Positions 39,711-52,293 of a stretch of DNA of 53,399 nucleotides are shown one piece after another. How positions within the stretch are numbered: the stretch's first letter is position 1; each line of letters begins with the position of its first letter. The stretch lies in NCBI GenBank assembly GCA_910592345.1, contig CAJVPI010000004.1:62001-115399 (forward strand), read 5' to 3'. The notes under the pieces are model-generated. The model had not been told where the DNA came from, searched no databases, and saw nothing but the letters and a program-made list of their open reading frames with translations. The position numbers were made by a program, and so were the translations under genes. The stretch is from Paraglomus brasilianum (Eukaryota).

Positions 39711-41416
39711 TTGCACTTATGGGGGTTGTATTTATGGAGGTGTTACTGTATTTACTACATAGAACGAGTCTGTTGTAGTCGTCAGAAGTTAATAAACATA
39801 GAAATTTTGTGGTCAAGCATTTTACCCACAATGCACGTGAGTGGCTGTCAACTTAACAAGGCTTATACATTATGTCTTAATATAAGGCAGAAGGTTGTGG
39901 GAATAGGTCTTCGTTTTGTTAAACTTTTAGCTTATAATGGCAACTTTAATATTACTCTTGAATAAGAAATCAATTACATGGTCCAAACTCATTTTGCGTA
40001 CGTAATTATAAATGCAAAGTTTTATTTTTGCAATAGCTCGACTTTATAACTAAATGATGAAAAACTTACATGAATATGACTAACTCTTGGGTCACAAATC
40101 TTCATATCTTATATTAAAAGTTTCCTGCCAATATAATTAAATTATCGCGAAACGATTGACAATCATCAATCGCGTTATGTCCTATTAAGCAGACGCGGAA
40201 ATCCTGCGATAAAAATGGAGTTTACCTGTGTCACTATGACTGCCTTAGAAATATTACTTTGTATTTAACCACGAAGTACGAAAGCTGGGATAATAAATAT
40301 TGTAAGTTAAGCATAAGTCGAACGTGACTATGGAAAGCTTTCTTTTAAAAAACGTACGTAAAGTTATAATAAAACAATTTCCTTCTTTATTTTCGTTTTA
40401 CGAATTGTTAATTCGTTGTCATTTTGTCTTATAAAGAACTTATCAATTGTAAACGTCTTTATACGATTAACGCTTATAAGAAAGGTATTAATATGTCCAT
40501 GTAGTGCATGTAATAGACAGGTTGATAATTTTAAGGGTTAGGGTTATACTTTTGAGAAAGTGGGTAACAAGCGCGCTGATAAGTTTACAAAGCAAGTTAC
40601 TAAAATTAAAACTTTGTTTAAAAGTGGGGAGGAACAATAATAATAAAAACAAAACTTTAGGGGTAATTTATTAGAATTAATTTTGTGTCCTTTATTGAGC
40701 GCAACTAAGGTGGACCTCTAAAGCTGCTTGATTTAAATTAGAATGGAAGAAGAAAAAGAAGAATAGAATATTTACACGAATATTTTGAGACTCATGGTAT
40801 CACAATGAATAGTTGTCAACGGAGATTTGGCTACATAAGCCTCCACGAAAGTATTATAAAATGTATAAAGTGACATATATGAAATGTGTAACGTATTTCA
40901 TTATATGCTACCGAACTATTTATAGTCAATCTGGTGACTACTGAACTATTTATAGTCCCTTTTCTTTGTTTTTTGAACATCCCTTACTAGGTTCGTAGCC
41001 GCTAAATACCATTCAAGGCACTGGATTGAATACCATCAATGTATTTCAATGACCCAATAATGCTTCTGCATTAAATAAGGAGAATTGTATTGTTACGTTC
41101 TGTGTCATTAAATAGACAGAATTGTGTGGTAACAACTTTGCTGCGACGTAAAACTTACCCAGTCCCTGCAATTTCGACGGTCCATGTCCGCTGAATATTT
41201 CGCTCACATCCTAACGATGCTGGAACGGAATATCCAGTGGACAGGAAACGTTCTGATTGGGTTTGCAACTGTCTTACGATTATTTGGCCAAAAGTTTGTA
41301 AACTTGTCACGCCTTTGTTTTTATTATTATTCGTTAGTTTCTAGTCGAATGTTATCATAGTGTTACATTAAGTAACTATAAAATTCGAAATGAACTGATG
41401 CATACTCATATGAGTA

Positions 41417-43333
41417 ATGGCGTGCATCTTCGCTCAGGTTAATGAAACCTGTTTCAGGGCTACGCAATTAGCATCATCGCTTCCCAATTTAATTGTCGGA
41501 CTTATACCAGATAATAGTTTAGATTCAGATATTGGTGCTCCTTGGCTAACAGGCATATGGCAGGCAATTTTGACAGGAATCGTTCCACGTTCTTGGGGCA
41601 ATTTGATGCAATGCGGATTGAGAAGTTACAACGGCATTGCCGTGAGGTTGATGGGCATGAGAGTTTCAAGCAGCCTGTTGATTGCTGCTAAAACCATTGC
41701 AAATACTGGTGTGCAAGGGTGGTTGGATAAGGACTTGGCCGAATTGAAGGCAGGAAGAAATTTTTTGACGATATTTGAGGCGGAGGAGTTGCTCACCAAA
41801 GAAGAGCATTTCCTGGATGCACACTCGCGCTATGGGATGGCATGTTTTAGTATTGGGTTAATTAATCACGATTCACGTCACCATGACGAAAAAAAATTAT
41901 CATGGAGAATTAGGAATTGGGCAGTTGTTAACGAAATTCCTACCTATACCATTGGAAATGGTGGACGTGCTAGCTTACCATTAACGTGTGAAAGATTAAA
42001 GAAATTAATTAGTGCAGACTTATATGGGGCAAGAAATCTTGTATCTCGAGAAATAATATACGTTCTCTTTATAATCGCTGATGTAACTGTGGTTATAATA
42101 TCATGGGTTGCATTGTGGGGAAAATTTAGTGATGTAGCTGTGCAGACTCAAAAGATAATAACTGTAGTTACCATGATTCTTGCTGAAATGTTTGGTTCCA
42201 TTCTTCTTGTTGGAGCAGCTGTATTGGTTGACTACCAACTGAAAACACGTGAAGAGGATGAAGACAGGATGTTACCATGCAGTGGAGGTGATCCAATAAC
42301 TTTCGTTGACCGTTGGTATGATGATACTAAAAACCCAGAGCATACATTTATCAAAACATTAGTTGATGGTATGGGGAATGTGGCTGGCCAGGCAGCAGCA
42401 ACAGCAGCAACAGCAGCAACAACATCAACAGCGGCAACAACATCGACTACAACAGCAGCAACAACATCAACAGCAGCAACAACATCAACAGCAGCATCAA
42501 CATCAACAGCAACAACATCAACAGCAGAAAGTGAATTACTAAATCTAGCTTTACAGTGGAGCACCTTTTTGTGTAATCAAAAATATTATATTAAAAGAGG
42601 AAAATATACGTATATTATTAATATTAATACGGCTTTGGAATGTGTCCAGCGATTTCTGAAAAATGAACACCATTTAAACCACCAATTTCGGAAGATAATT
42701 AAAGATTTTGTTATTAAAGTTGATGGGAAGGAGGTATTCAAGTTACCAGAATTACAAAGACCTAATACTAATAACGGTAGAGAATGTCCATGCCGCATCC
42801 TTATGAGATCAATACTGCGAGCACTTGAGATGCGTTCAGACCGTTTTCAGTTTGATGGTAAAGGTAAACAGAAACCACAAAACAATGAAAATGATCCAGC
42901 TGTCAACTCGTGTTTTAAAGCACTGGACAATCCTCTTCACAATGATGGTAACCCTCCATTGCTGGGCCGTCGTAGTGGGGTTAATAAATTGGTTCACAAT
43001 CATTCTGGGAATGGCTTAGAAATCCCTATTGTTGCTTGGTGCACTTTCTGGAAATGTAGAGAAACAAATGCTACGTGTGGGCTTCCAGCAGTGGGTGTTA
43101 TTTTTGGCATAATTGGGATTCTTACTGGGCTTTTCTTACAATTGTTTACTGGTATATATGGAATGTGGGTGGGTGCTGCATTTAGTGCATTAGGTTTGTT
43201 ATTAGCTCCATTGCGCACAGTAGCTCTTACCATGAAACAACCACGATTTCAATTAAAGGAACAAGGTAATAGTAATAGTAATAGTAATAGTAATAGTAAT
43301 AGGGATCAAACTCGTGTACATATTTCATCATAG
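41417..43333 (+). CDS. Intronless 638-aa hypothetical membrane protein with two predicted TM hairpins
   Basis: 1.9-kb open frame in AT-rich DNA. Hydrophobic segments IIYVLFIIADVTVVIISWVALW, IITVVTMILAEMFGSILLVGAAVLV, AVGVIFGIIGILTGLFLQLF and MWVGAAFSALGLLLAPL. Ala/Thr and Asn/Ser repeats are in frame. Confidence 0.85.
   Translation: MACIFAQVNETCFRATQLASSLPNLIVGLIPDNSLDSDIGAPWLTGIWQAILTGIVPRSWGNLMQCGLRSYNGIAVRLMGMRVSSSLLIAAKTIANTGVQGWLDKDLAELKAGRNFLTIFEAEELLTKEEHFLDAHSRYGMACFSIGLINHDSRHHDEKKLSWRIRNWAVVNEIPTYTIGNGGRASLPLTCERLKKLISADLYGARNLVSREIIYVLFIIADVTVVIISWVALWGKFSDVAVQTQKIITVVTMILAEMFGSILLVGAAVLVDYQLKTREEDEDRMLPCSGGDPITFVDRWYDDTKNPEHTFIKTLVDGMGNVAGQAAATAATAATTSTAATTSTTTAATTSTAATTSTAASTSTATTSTAESELLNLALQWSTFLCNQKYYIKRGKYTYIININTALECVQRFLKNEHHLNHQFRKIIKDFVIKVDGKEVFKLPELQRPNTNNGRECPCRILMRSILRALEMRSDRFQFDGKGKQKPQNNENDPAVNSCFKALDNPLHNDGNPPLLGRRSGVNKLVHNHSGNGLEIPIVAWCTFWKCRETNATCGLPAVGVIFGIIGILTGLFLQLFTGIYGMWVGAAFSALGLLLAPLRTVALTMKQPRFQLKEQGNSNSNSNSNSNRDQTRVHISS
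42392..42526 (+). repeat. Coding GCA/ACA/TCA repeat (AATTST-like units)
   Basis: Repeated ACAGCAGCAACAACATCA variants, in frame. Confidence 0.9.
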
Positions 43334-43982
43334 TGTTCTATTTCACTCGCGATTTATGTCATTGTGTTCTATTTACATAGTCAATTATTTAGTCTATCTA
43401 TAGAACCTTTACTAAATGAAATAAAAATTTTATTTGACAAACTCATTTTTTACCAAGGACCTGAATCATAATAGTTATGTACAGTAGGATTCAAAAGTAT
43501 TCCACAAGTAAATGCTATGACATTTCTCTACATATATTTAGATCACAAACCCTGTAAAGTTTCAACTTGATCGAATGTCTCCAGAAAAAATCCAATATTT
43601 TCCTCTTAAACGTATAAACATATAAAAAAAGCATGTTTGCATGTTTCAAACATGAACTTTAAATATCCATATCTCCACATTGTGTCTAATCGATTTGCAT
43701 AATTTCTTGATTCTCAGATTTTTTTTACACGTACTCCTTAGTATTAGACGTGTTGTGTCGAATTAGAAATAAACTCGTTATTATACCTGACGATAAACGC
43801 GCAGAATATCATGGTATTATTGTGTCTATTATTTGGGATAAATGATGTGGTTAACCAATAATAATAAATTGAATGTTTTAGGAATGAATAACAATGCATA
43901 CTAATACGAGGATTATATTGATTATTGATTACCATTTCCCAAAACAGAAAAAAAAAGTTGGCCAACGTCTTTCCTTGCCGTT

Positions 43983-46297
43983 ATGGCTACTTCTTATCCA
44001 GTTCTCAACGAACTCTTTATATTCTTGAATGACACCTTGACCCAGGCATCTATACATTACTCCAAGATTCCTGGTTCGACGATCGTATTGAAATATGTGA
44101 AAAATTCTTATCAGAACGACCCATTTCGATCCTTGTTAGAACTATTTTTGGTGTTTTTTGCCCTAAAGTATTTGTTCTCCAAGACATACCGCACAGACAA
44201 TTTTGTTGAACTGACTGAGCAGGTAACATGAGAACTTGATGCAATAATTGTCGTTGGAGGACTGCAATTTAATCGTCCATTTCAAACGCTCGCTGCAGGA
44301 AGTAGAAGAATTGGTGGATGAATGGCGACCGGAACCACTTGTTTCTCCATTGACTGAGTATCAGAAATGGGACTTGGATCAGACACCAACGATAATTGGG
44401 TATACAATAATATTGCTTATAAACCGTTTTTGATGCCAAATCGTTTCAAGATTAACACGACGACGTTCCAAGTTCACAAGGTCCAAAACCAAAGTTGGCA
44501 AACGGTAAGACACTGATTAATCTCGCTAGCTTTGACTTTTTGGGTTTCTCGACGAATGAGCATATCAAGGTAAGAATGAGTTAAGGTGGTGGATAGTCAA
44601 ATAATGCATATTTAACAATGCATCAATAATTAACTATTCTATTGGTGCGTCGTAATAGGAAAAGGCAATACAGACACTACGTTCTTATGGTGTTGGATCA
44701 TGTGGCCCACCCGGTTTCTATGGCACTCTTGGTAATTAGCCTACAATCGCTTGCTGGTTCACAAGAGTACGTCTCTTATTTGTATATTCATCGTAATCCT
44801 AGACGTTCATATGAAATTTGAAAGGGACATATCTGAATTCCTTGGAACGGAGGATGCAATTATCTATTCTCAAAGCTTTTCGACTATTTCGTCGGCCATT
44901 CCTTCATTTTGTAAGAGGGGCGATATAATCGTCGCGCAAGTATTCTTATGTCCTGGGTTATCTATCGGATTACTTACTGTTTTATGATGAATATAACATC
45001 CGACAACTTCATTCACAATTAATAGTGATAAAGGATGTAATCTTGCGATTCAGAAAGGGGTTCAGATTTCTCGCTCTACTGTCAAATGGTACAACCATAA
45101 TGATATGGAAGACCTCGAGAGAGTTCTCAAAGAAATACAGGATAATGTTAATGTAAGTATTCACTATATAGATCGAGTCTAAGATAAAGATTAAAGAAGC
45201 TGATGATTACTTTGATTTTGAATACAGTCTAGCAGACGGTTGACTCGAAGGTTTATAATAGCTGAGGGAATATCAGAGTATTTCGGTGACATAGCACCAC
45301 TCCATAAACTTGTGAGCATTGGCTTATCTAAACGCATTATGTATGAGACTTAGTATATTCGGTACGATAAAATTTACGTGTTACATATTCAGATTGAATT
45401 GAAGAAGAAATACAAATACCGCTTGATTCTAGACGAGAGCCTATCAATCGGAACAATAGGTCGTCGAGGCGCAGGGCTGACCGACTATTTTAATATTAAT
45501 GTAAGTATAGAGACAATTGAGAGGCGCCATAAAATGATTTGCTAACAAATCTCTTTCTGTTGATGTTAGTCGAAAGAAATTGATATGATTGTAGGTTCGA
45601 TGTGTAATGCTCTCTCTGCTGCCGGAGGGTTCTGTGCTGGATCGTATGAGATAACAGAACATCAGGTACATTCAAATGATAAAAATAATCGTCTATGAAT
45701 GATAGTTACTGTAAACATTTGTTCAACCAACGTCTCGCAATTATCTCTCAGCGTATTTCTGGATTAGCATATTGTTACTCAGCCTCACTTCCAGCAACGC
45801 TTGCAGTCAGTGCGTCAGAGTCTCTGTCGATACTCTCACAGAATCCGCAGCTTCTTGTCAATCTCAATGAAAACGTCGGAGCGCTAAAGAATGTCTTAGG
45901 GAATGTCAAATATATTACTTTAGATGGGGACAAAGACTCTCCCGTAATCCATATAAGATTAAGACAAGATGTAGCGAATATTGCTGACGTTGAAGAAAAA
46001 GAGAGAGCATTGCAGGAAATTGTTGACGAGGTATTACAAGAAATTTGTGGATTACACATACTAATTCATTACGACATTGAGCTCGATTGGACTAATGGAA
46101 TTTTTCTCTTTTCCAAGGCAATGAGTAACGGTATTCTACTCACTCGCGCCAAATATGTTAGATTACAAGAACTCTTTTACGTCGAACCAAGCATCCGCAT
46201 TTGTGTTTCCGCTTTCTTTACTAGGAAAGACATTGATAAAGCAGCAGCTGGAATCAAGAGCGCTATTGTTAAAGTTTTTAAAAACAGATCAAAGTAG
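43983..46297 (+). CDS. LCB1: Serine palmitoyltransferase subunit Lcb1/SPTLC1
   Basis: [68 protein letters not shown]; contains one GC-AG intron. Confidence 0.96.
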
Positions 46298-47010
46298 AAT
46301 GAGTCGACCTTTACAAAAAAGTTTGAATAGATTTAATATATTTGAATGTAATTTAATTTACGGATTCGGATGATATTATTAGATGAACGTATCTTTCCCA
46401 AATAGAGCATCTACAAATACATAGCAAAATGTTATAATGGATTCTCCCTAAATGCACCCTATTTGATATCAGATCATTCAGCAAGACGTTGCTATTAGGA
46501 TGGTTCTAATAAAAATCCGATTTAAATATAATCATTATTATTTCGTTTATTCCCTGATAAAAGATACTTGCATCGTTTGGAAAACACTTTCCCGTCAGCG
46601 GTGAATAGAATTAATTCTTGCCTATTAGTTTAGATAAGATAATTCCCCGATTCGAGACTAATCCCATCAAAGAAATCGCAAATAATCTAGGGGCGGCGTA
46701 TACGAGACCGATAATATATCGTGAGTGTAAATCCTAGTCTATATTTAGTTTGAAGTAAAGCTTCCGTTGGAAAATAACTAAATCCCAAAACGGCTAGTAC
46801 ACCGCAGGTGTAAGCTAGTCCAACAGAAACAATAAAAGTATACAATTTGATCGAGAACACGTGATCTAACCGAATATGCTAAGTAAAGCACTTACTATTA
46901 CTGTAGCACGACGTTCTTAACCAATAGAAAGATCACTTTACACGACATGATAGTAATAGAGAGACTTTCCAAGTGCATTTTCAGCTTATTAAACATCAGA
47001 AGATGTTTGA

Positions 47011-48524
47011 AACTACTATCGCGAGGGACTTTTAAAACTTTGCAAATTTTACATTTTCCCATATTAATATTGACGAAGTTTACAAACATAACTTCCTAAT
47101 TAGGATCACCATCCCCAATTTGGAATAGTAATCACAGCACATCAGTTATAACTCTCAATATCATTGTATAACTGCATCTTCCAATTATGTTAATAAATAG
47201 AAGATTTGCTGTAAATTTTATTAACATTGATAGCAAAGATGATTTCTTTGTTTTATTAATTTCTGCACAAAGAACTTTAACGTAAGTTATTTGTAACAAA
47301 GCCAACAGTCTTTGTCTAACAAATACACTAACATATCCTATTGTAGAATCTACTTCTACACATATTTAGGACAATTCGGAAATAGTAGACGATAACAATA
47401 ATCGGGAGAAGCAAGAGGCAGAGGAAGGGCGAAGAAATTTTGAGATAATTGAACGGTATCTTAGAGAAATGCACGACATAGTTGTTGAACAGCGTGATTT
47501 AAATGATTTCCGATGGATTAACAATATTAAAAATACTAAAAAGGAATAAGCGAACACACTAAAACTAACTGACTCCTACGCTGCTTTTATATCTTTCGAA
47601 CTACGATTTGATCTAATTTTAGCAACGTCCAACTACTGCTATGATTATTGGTTTGACGCTTTTTGTCTTTCTCGACAGGCAATACGGAATCCGAATGATG
47701 TGTCACTTTTTCGACAGGTATTCCCGCGTTGACCATAAAACGCCGCAAATAACCAATATTTTTCAGCACTACACATTGGGGGGGGTCCTTCACAAATAAA
47801 GGGCGATCGGATATCACAACAATGTTACAGATACTGATTGTACAAGAATTACGTTTTCTAAATTGACTATCCGAAAATAAGCACCCCCCTTTAACAATAG
47901 TAATAGGCTTGCAGTGTAAATAAACAGTCACATGTATATAGAAACTTTTAGAAGGATTAGTGTATATTTATTGATTATTGTAGATATTGATATGTCCAAG
48001 GGGTTGTTGGCCCATCCTAAATTGGGCTAGATATATATTTCGAATTTACCGTATCATTGTGCTTAGTCACGAGCGGATACGAGTATTTACGCACGCTCTT
48101 TCTATTTCTAGCTTAATAAACGCAAAATCGGCTAAGCCGCTCCTCTATTTGCAGTCTTCAAACATTTGTTCAATTATGAGAGATCAATCAGAGTCTAATT
48201 TGATTCAATTTCAGGGGGAGTTGAAACCCGGTCTCTCGCATGATACTAAGACAAAGTTAACAATAAACAATGAATATCTTTTGTTATGCATGATTACAAT
48301 AATAATAAGACAGAAACCATCGTATAATTAACTTGTATAATTGTGATTACTATTCCAAATTGGTATGGTGATCCTAATTAGGAAGTTGTGTTTGTAAACT
48401 TCGTCAATATGGGAAATGTAAAAATTTTCGTTGGTCAGAATATAGTTGTGTCATAATAACCTGCGAAATAACTGGGCTTTAGCGAGCACCTTGTTGTGAA
48501 TAAAAGTCCCTCGCGATAGTAGTT
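47011..48524. repeat. Long inverted-repeat pair (47011-47136 and 48342-48524) enclosing ~1.2 kb
   Basis: TGTGATTACTATTCCAAATTGG.ATGGTGATCCTAATTAGGAAGTT.TGTTTGTAAACTTCGTCAATAT and a perfect 24-mer TAAAAGTCCCTCGCGATAGTAGTT occur in opposite orientations. Confidence 0.88.
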
Positions 48525-48996
48525 GGAAGTTTGCTATAGGAGTGACTAACGCCGGAGCGAGAATTTCATATATAAAACTTGTGATCTGCACGGTAGCATG
48601 TCCCATGACTAGCTTACGAATGTTTAGATCTTTTTATCTGCTGATCTTCGCTATTATTATATCGCGTAAAATGTCCAATACACGAAGTGCACTTTCTCCG
48701 AAAATAAACGGTTGCATATTAAGTCACTTAACTTTGTGATGACGATATTGCATCGTTAACTGTATATCTGGCTTCCAAAACGCGATTAGTTGTTTCAAAA
48801 TATGAGGTTGCTTATACATCTAAATAAATAAATATATATATATGTCTATGACAACAATTTGCTTCAAACAATACGTGAATACAAGCTCAGCCCCCCCCAA
48901 ATGCATATATATAAACAACCGTTTTCTTTCTCTCCCTTTATTCATTCACTTTCTCCTTAGCATCACGTGATAAACCACTATTACTTGATAAACACT

Positions 48997-49188
48997 ATGA
49001 ATTACCTTATTATTATCGCCATTGCAATCTCGACGCTCCCGCTGGCATCCATTACTTTGTTCTTGACCTCGCCAATTTGGCTCATATTCGCTGGGTACTG
49101 TTACTATTTTAATGAATAAAGTCGAATTTATTACAATCAGAATATGCATCACGCTTATCGTTCTAGGGTCGCGAATATTATCATATAA
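48997..49188 (+). CDS. Putative small hydrophobic membrane peptide (~40 aa)
   Basis: MNYLIIIAIAISTLPLASITLFLTSPIWLIFAG...; unspliced stop at 49119, or GT-AG spliced end VANIII* at 49188; TATATAAA near 48908. Confidence 0.4.
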
Positions 49189-49265
49189 TACGAGTAAAAG
49201 TCACGAAGACCAAGGTTAGGGAAAGCGGTTACAAGAAATTTATTAGTCATTTTTCTACAAACTCA

Positions 49266-49800
49266 ATGTCTAACATAGTAAATATTATCTAGAGTCCTTC
49301 CCCAGACTTTCAGATTCTCTCAGAAAATCTTCCCCGATGCATCTAAAAATCTCATCAAAAAATACGAAAATCAACTCGCCGACGTGGAAGAGCTCGATCC
49401 CGTCCTCGTAATAACACCAAACATGGCGTGGATAAACCAACACGGTTGGCTTGCGTATTATGCGGTGATGAATTTATTTGCTACGCATGGCCTTGCCCAA
49501 AACCGACGCAGGGACAAAGATTCACGTTGTCTGTTCTACTTTCGAGAACTTTGTGACTTGTTTGAGGTTCGTGATGGGATCAAAAACAACCGCCTGGCAC
49601 CAGCAGCTTTTAGCGTACAGCCTAGTCTTCATGCAGCCCATCCAAACGGTCAGCTGAAACCGATTGGAAAAGCATAGATCCTAATGAAGATTGGATCCTT
49701 ATTCAGTGATTGTGGATATGATTGTGGATTTTTTAACGTCTGAAAGTGAATGGGGCAACTCTACCAGTAATGTGAAGACGTTTCTGCAGAGTCATTATAT
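49266..49800 (+). pseudogene. Pseudogene of an uncharacterised fungal family (LDPVLVI...NRRRD..SR)
   Basis: ATG 49266, early stop/frameshift, ~125 open codons, then an in-frame TAG (49675-49677) with coding-like text continuing (ILMKIGS). Confidence 0.55.
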
Positions 49801-52293
49801 CGAACATATCGAACATATCAATCTTAGATAGTTACTATTACCTTTGTTGGTGATCACCTTCATCAAAGACGAACCGAACCTATCACAATAAATAATAAAT
49901 TGTTTCATTCATAAATGCATTAATAATATTTTCTCAATTAGTGGTAATATTCCTGTTTATAGCTATGTAACTATGGCATATTCGAACAATTAACTATGTT
50001 GATATCGAAGTATCACTGATGGCATTAACAATTTCGATATACCGTATCTGCGAACAATCATCATTTAGAACACTCGCAAGCGGCTATTTGCTGAGTCTAA
50101 TATAATTTTAACAAGATTTTTTCTTAGATTAACTACAGATTATGTCGAGTTAATTACCACGGGAGAACGATTGGCAATTAACCTTGATATTTGACTTCTC
50201 TTAATTGGGTTTTCTATACGCACAACTCTTACGTTCGGTCTTGTATACGCAGAATTAAACAGCAGTGAATAAATGCCTCTACTCCTATCGATGAGATAAA
50301 TTCGATGGTCTGTAGATATGATTGGCGGAATTTGCAAGGCGATGGAATACTAATTATACTGTATGTTAACCGATGAATATACTTTATTGAGTGCGGAGAG
50401 CTACTATAACCGAAGGAGTGTGGATTATATGAATGATCTGATTCCATTGATACGATACTCGATAGCTAGCGAAACTACACCTGCTCATATATGTTATGAA
50501 CCGTTCTAGTATCGGAATTATTAGAATATCTCTTGCACCAATAAACTACAAAATTTATGTGACTGGTTGACCCATTCTCAGAACGGGTTGTAACATTGTT
50601 TCAATAATTTCTAAAATTAGGACTATTGGGTTGAATTTCGCAAAACTAGAAGATTACTTCTCATGGGTACGAATATCGAAACCTACATATAAGTAGCTAT
50701 TCACTGTCTACATTATACAACTATTTTCGTTTCGCCAATGTAGACATATTCTGATGGTGGATATTTCGTCATTTATTAATGACAATTCAGCAATTTCAAT
50801 AATTTTTGATCTATTACTCTTGTGCGGTTCGGTTTACCATTTTATACCTAAGTCAAAAATAGAAAGAGATTTCGGTCAGAAATATGAACAAAGCTTATAG
50901 CTGCCACAGCTAAACCTGGAATCCCATAAGGAATTAATTGAATTCATTTGTGACCGTCTATCTGGTCCTCTTAGAAAAAGTGAATCTGTGCATTGGTTAT
51001 AAATATTCAAGCACCATGATTACTAATCCAAGGAAATGACCAGCGTCATCGGGACTCCATTCAATAGGGACATAAGCTTTGTGATTAGGATTTTAAAGGA
51101 TCATGTGCTTTATTATTATGCCATTCTCCCCCTAATATTAACAAAGTATTTAAGGACGCGATGTCATAATGAATCGTTCATATTGTTCTGAAGTATAATA
51201 TCTATCAGGATTATGCGAATTTTAATACGTACTCCCTGAATGCACGAAAAGTACCCGTTTTCCTGTCACCGTGACAGGCAAAAGGAATGTAACATCACTA
51301 AAGTACTTGAGTTCTACCGTCAATCAACAAAGTTCCATGTCGTGTTCATCAGACTAAGAACGTTCTTTAATTATGCATACAAGGTGGTTACACCAAATGC
51401 GAACACGCGTGTAGTGCATAAGAATTACGCGCATTCACCAATCACTGTACTAAAAAATCTTTTTAACTTGAGCCATCAGACTTTGTAACAAGGGTAATTG
51501 TTTGTTTATGGTATAAAAGGCCTATCTTTTAAATGATAGCAATAATGACGAATTAACTCCTCGAATCCCTCTAAGCGGCCTTCATTCGTCAAATACGACG
51601 AGAAAAGTAAAGCACATACTAGCTTGTTTGTTCGTGATAAAACTATGGTAATCCAACGAAGCCGAGAACTCTAAGGCGCTTTCTCGTAAGTCGCAGTGGA
51701 CGAAAAGGTAAGGAAGGGTTAAGTAATTTTAAAAATAGAAAGTTGTCCAACGATAATATCTAATTTAATCCCTTTTTGCCGAAACTAGACAAAGGGAATA
51801 CAAGTCTTCCAAAAAGAGGAAAGCCGATATCGGACTTCAGATTGAGGGAGCCTAGAGACGCAGAAAAAAGGCTACTGAAGAATATGAAGAATTGTGGCGT
51901 AACAACTTAAAGACAGTATTTCTTGTATTGAGACTGTATCGGATCTTTCGTAGACACTTTTTGTAATGTAGATTTATTGTCTTGACCAATTGTTTATGTA
52001 GTTTCTGACATGCTAAATATGTAACACAAAGAAGCAGAGTATGATGATATTAAACTATGCTGACCAATACATTAATTAAAAAGAAAACGATTACAAAGGA
52101 TAAAATTTTAGTCAATAATAGATATACCATATATAATTAACTTTTCCTAACATAACATTTCCACCATACCCAAGGGCGGCATTATGAAGAGAGTTTGCCA
52201 TATAATGGATCAATTTTTAGACGAACGTCTGCTAACATCGCTCAGATGCTTCCCTCTCTGAATGCATGCATTTTAGAGGAGATGATTATATAA

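Noticed and set aside
40531..40546. Telomere-like TAAGGGTTAGGGTTA
   Set aside because: Only about two units; expected by chance.
42232..42564. Antisense Val/Ala/Asp-rich ORF
   Set aside because: Shadow of the Ala/Thr codon repeat in the 638-aa ORF.
46400..46700. Minus-strand decayed exon-like text
   Set aside because: Multiple stops and no identifiable family.
50100..51950. Coding-like fragments with many stops (possible viral or gene relic)
   Set aside because: No recognisable motif in the frames I read; cannot assign a family without a search.
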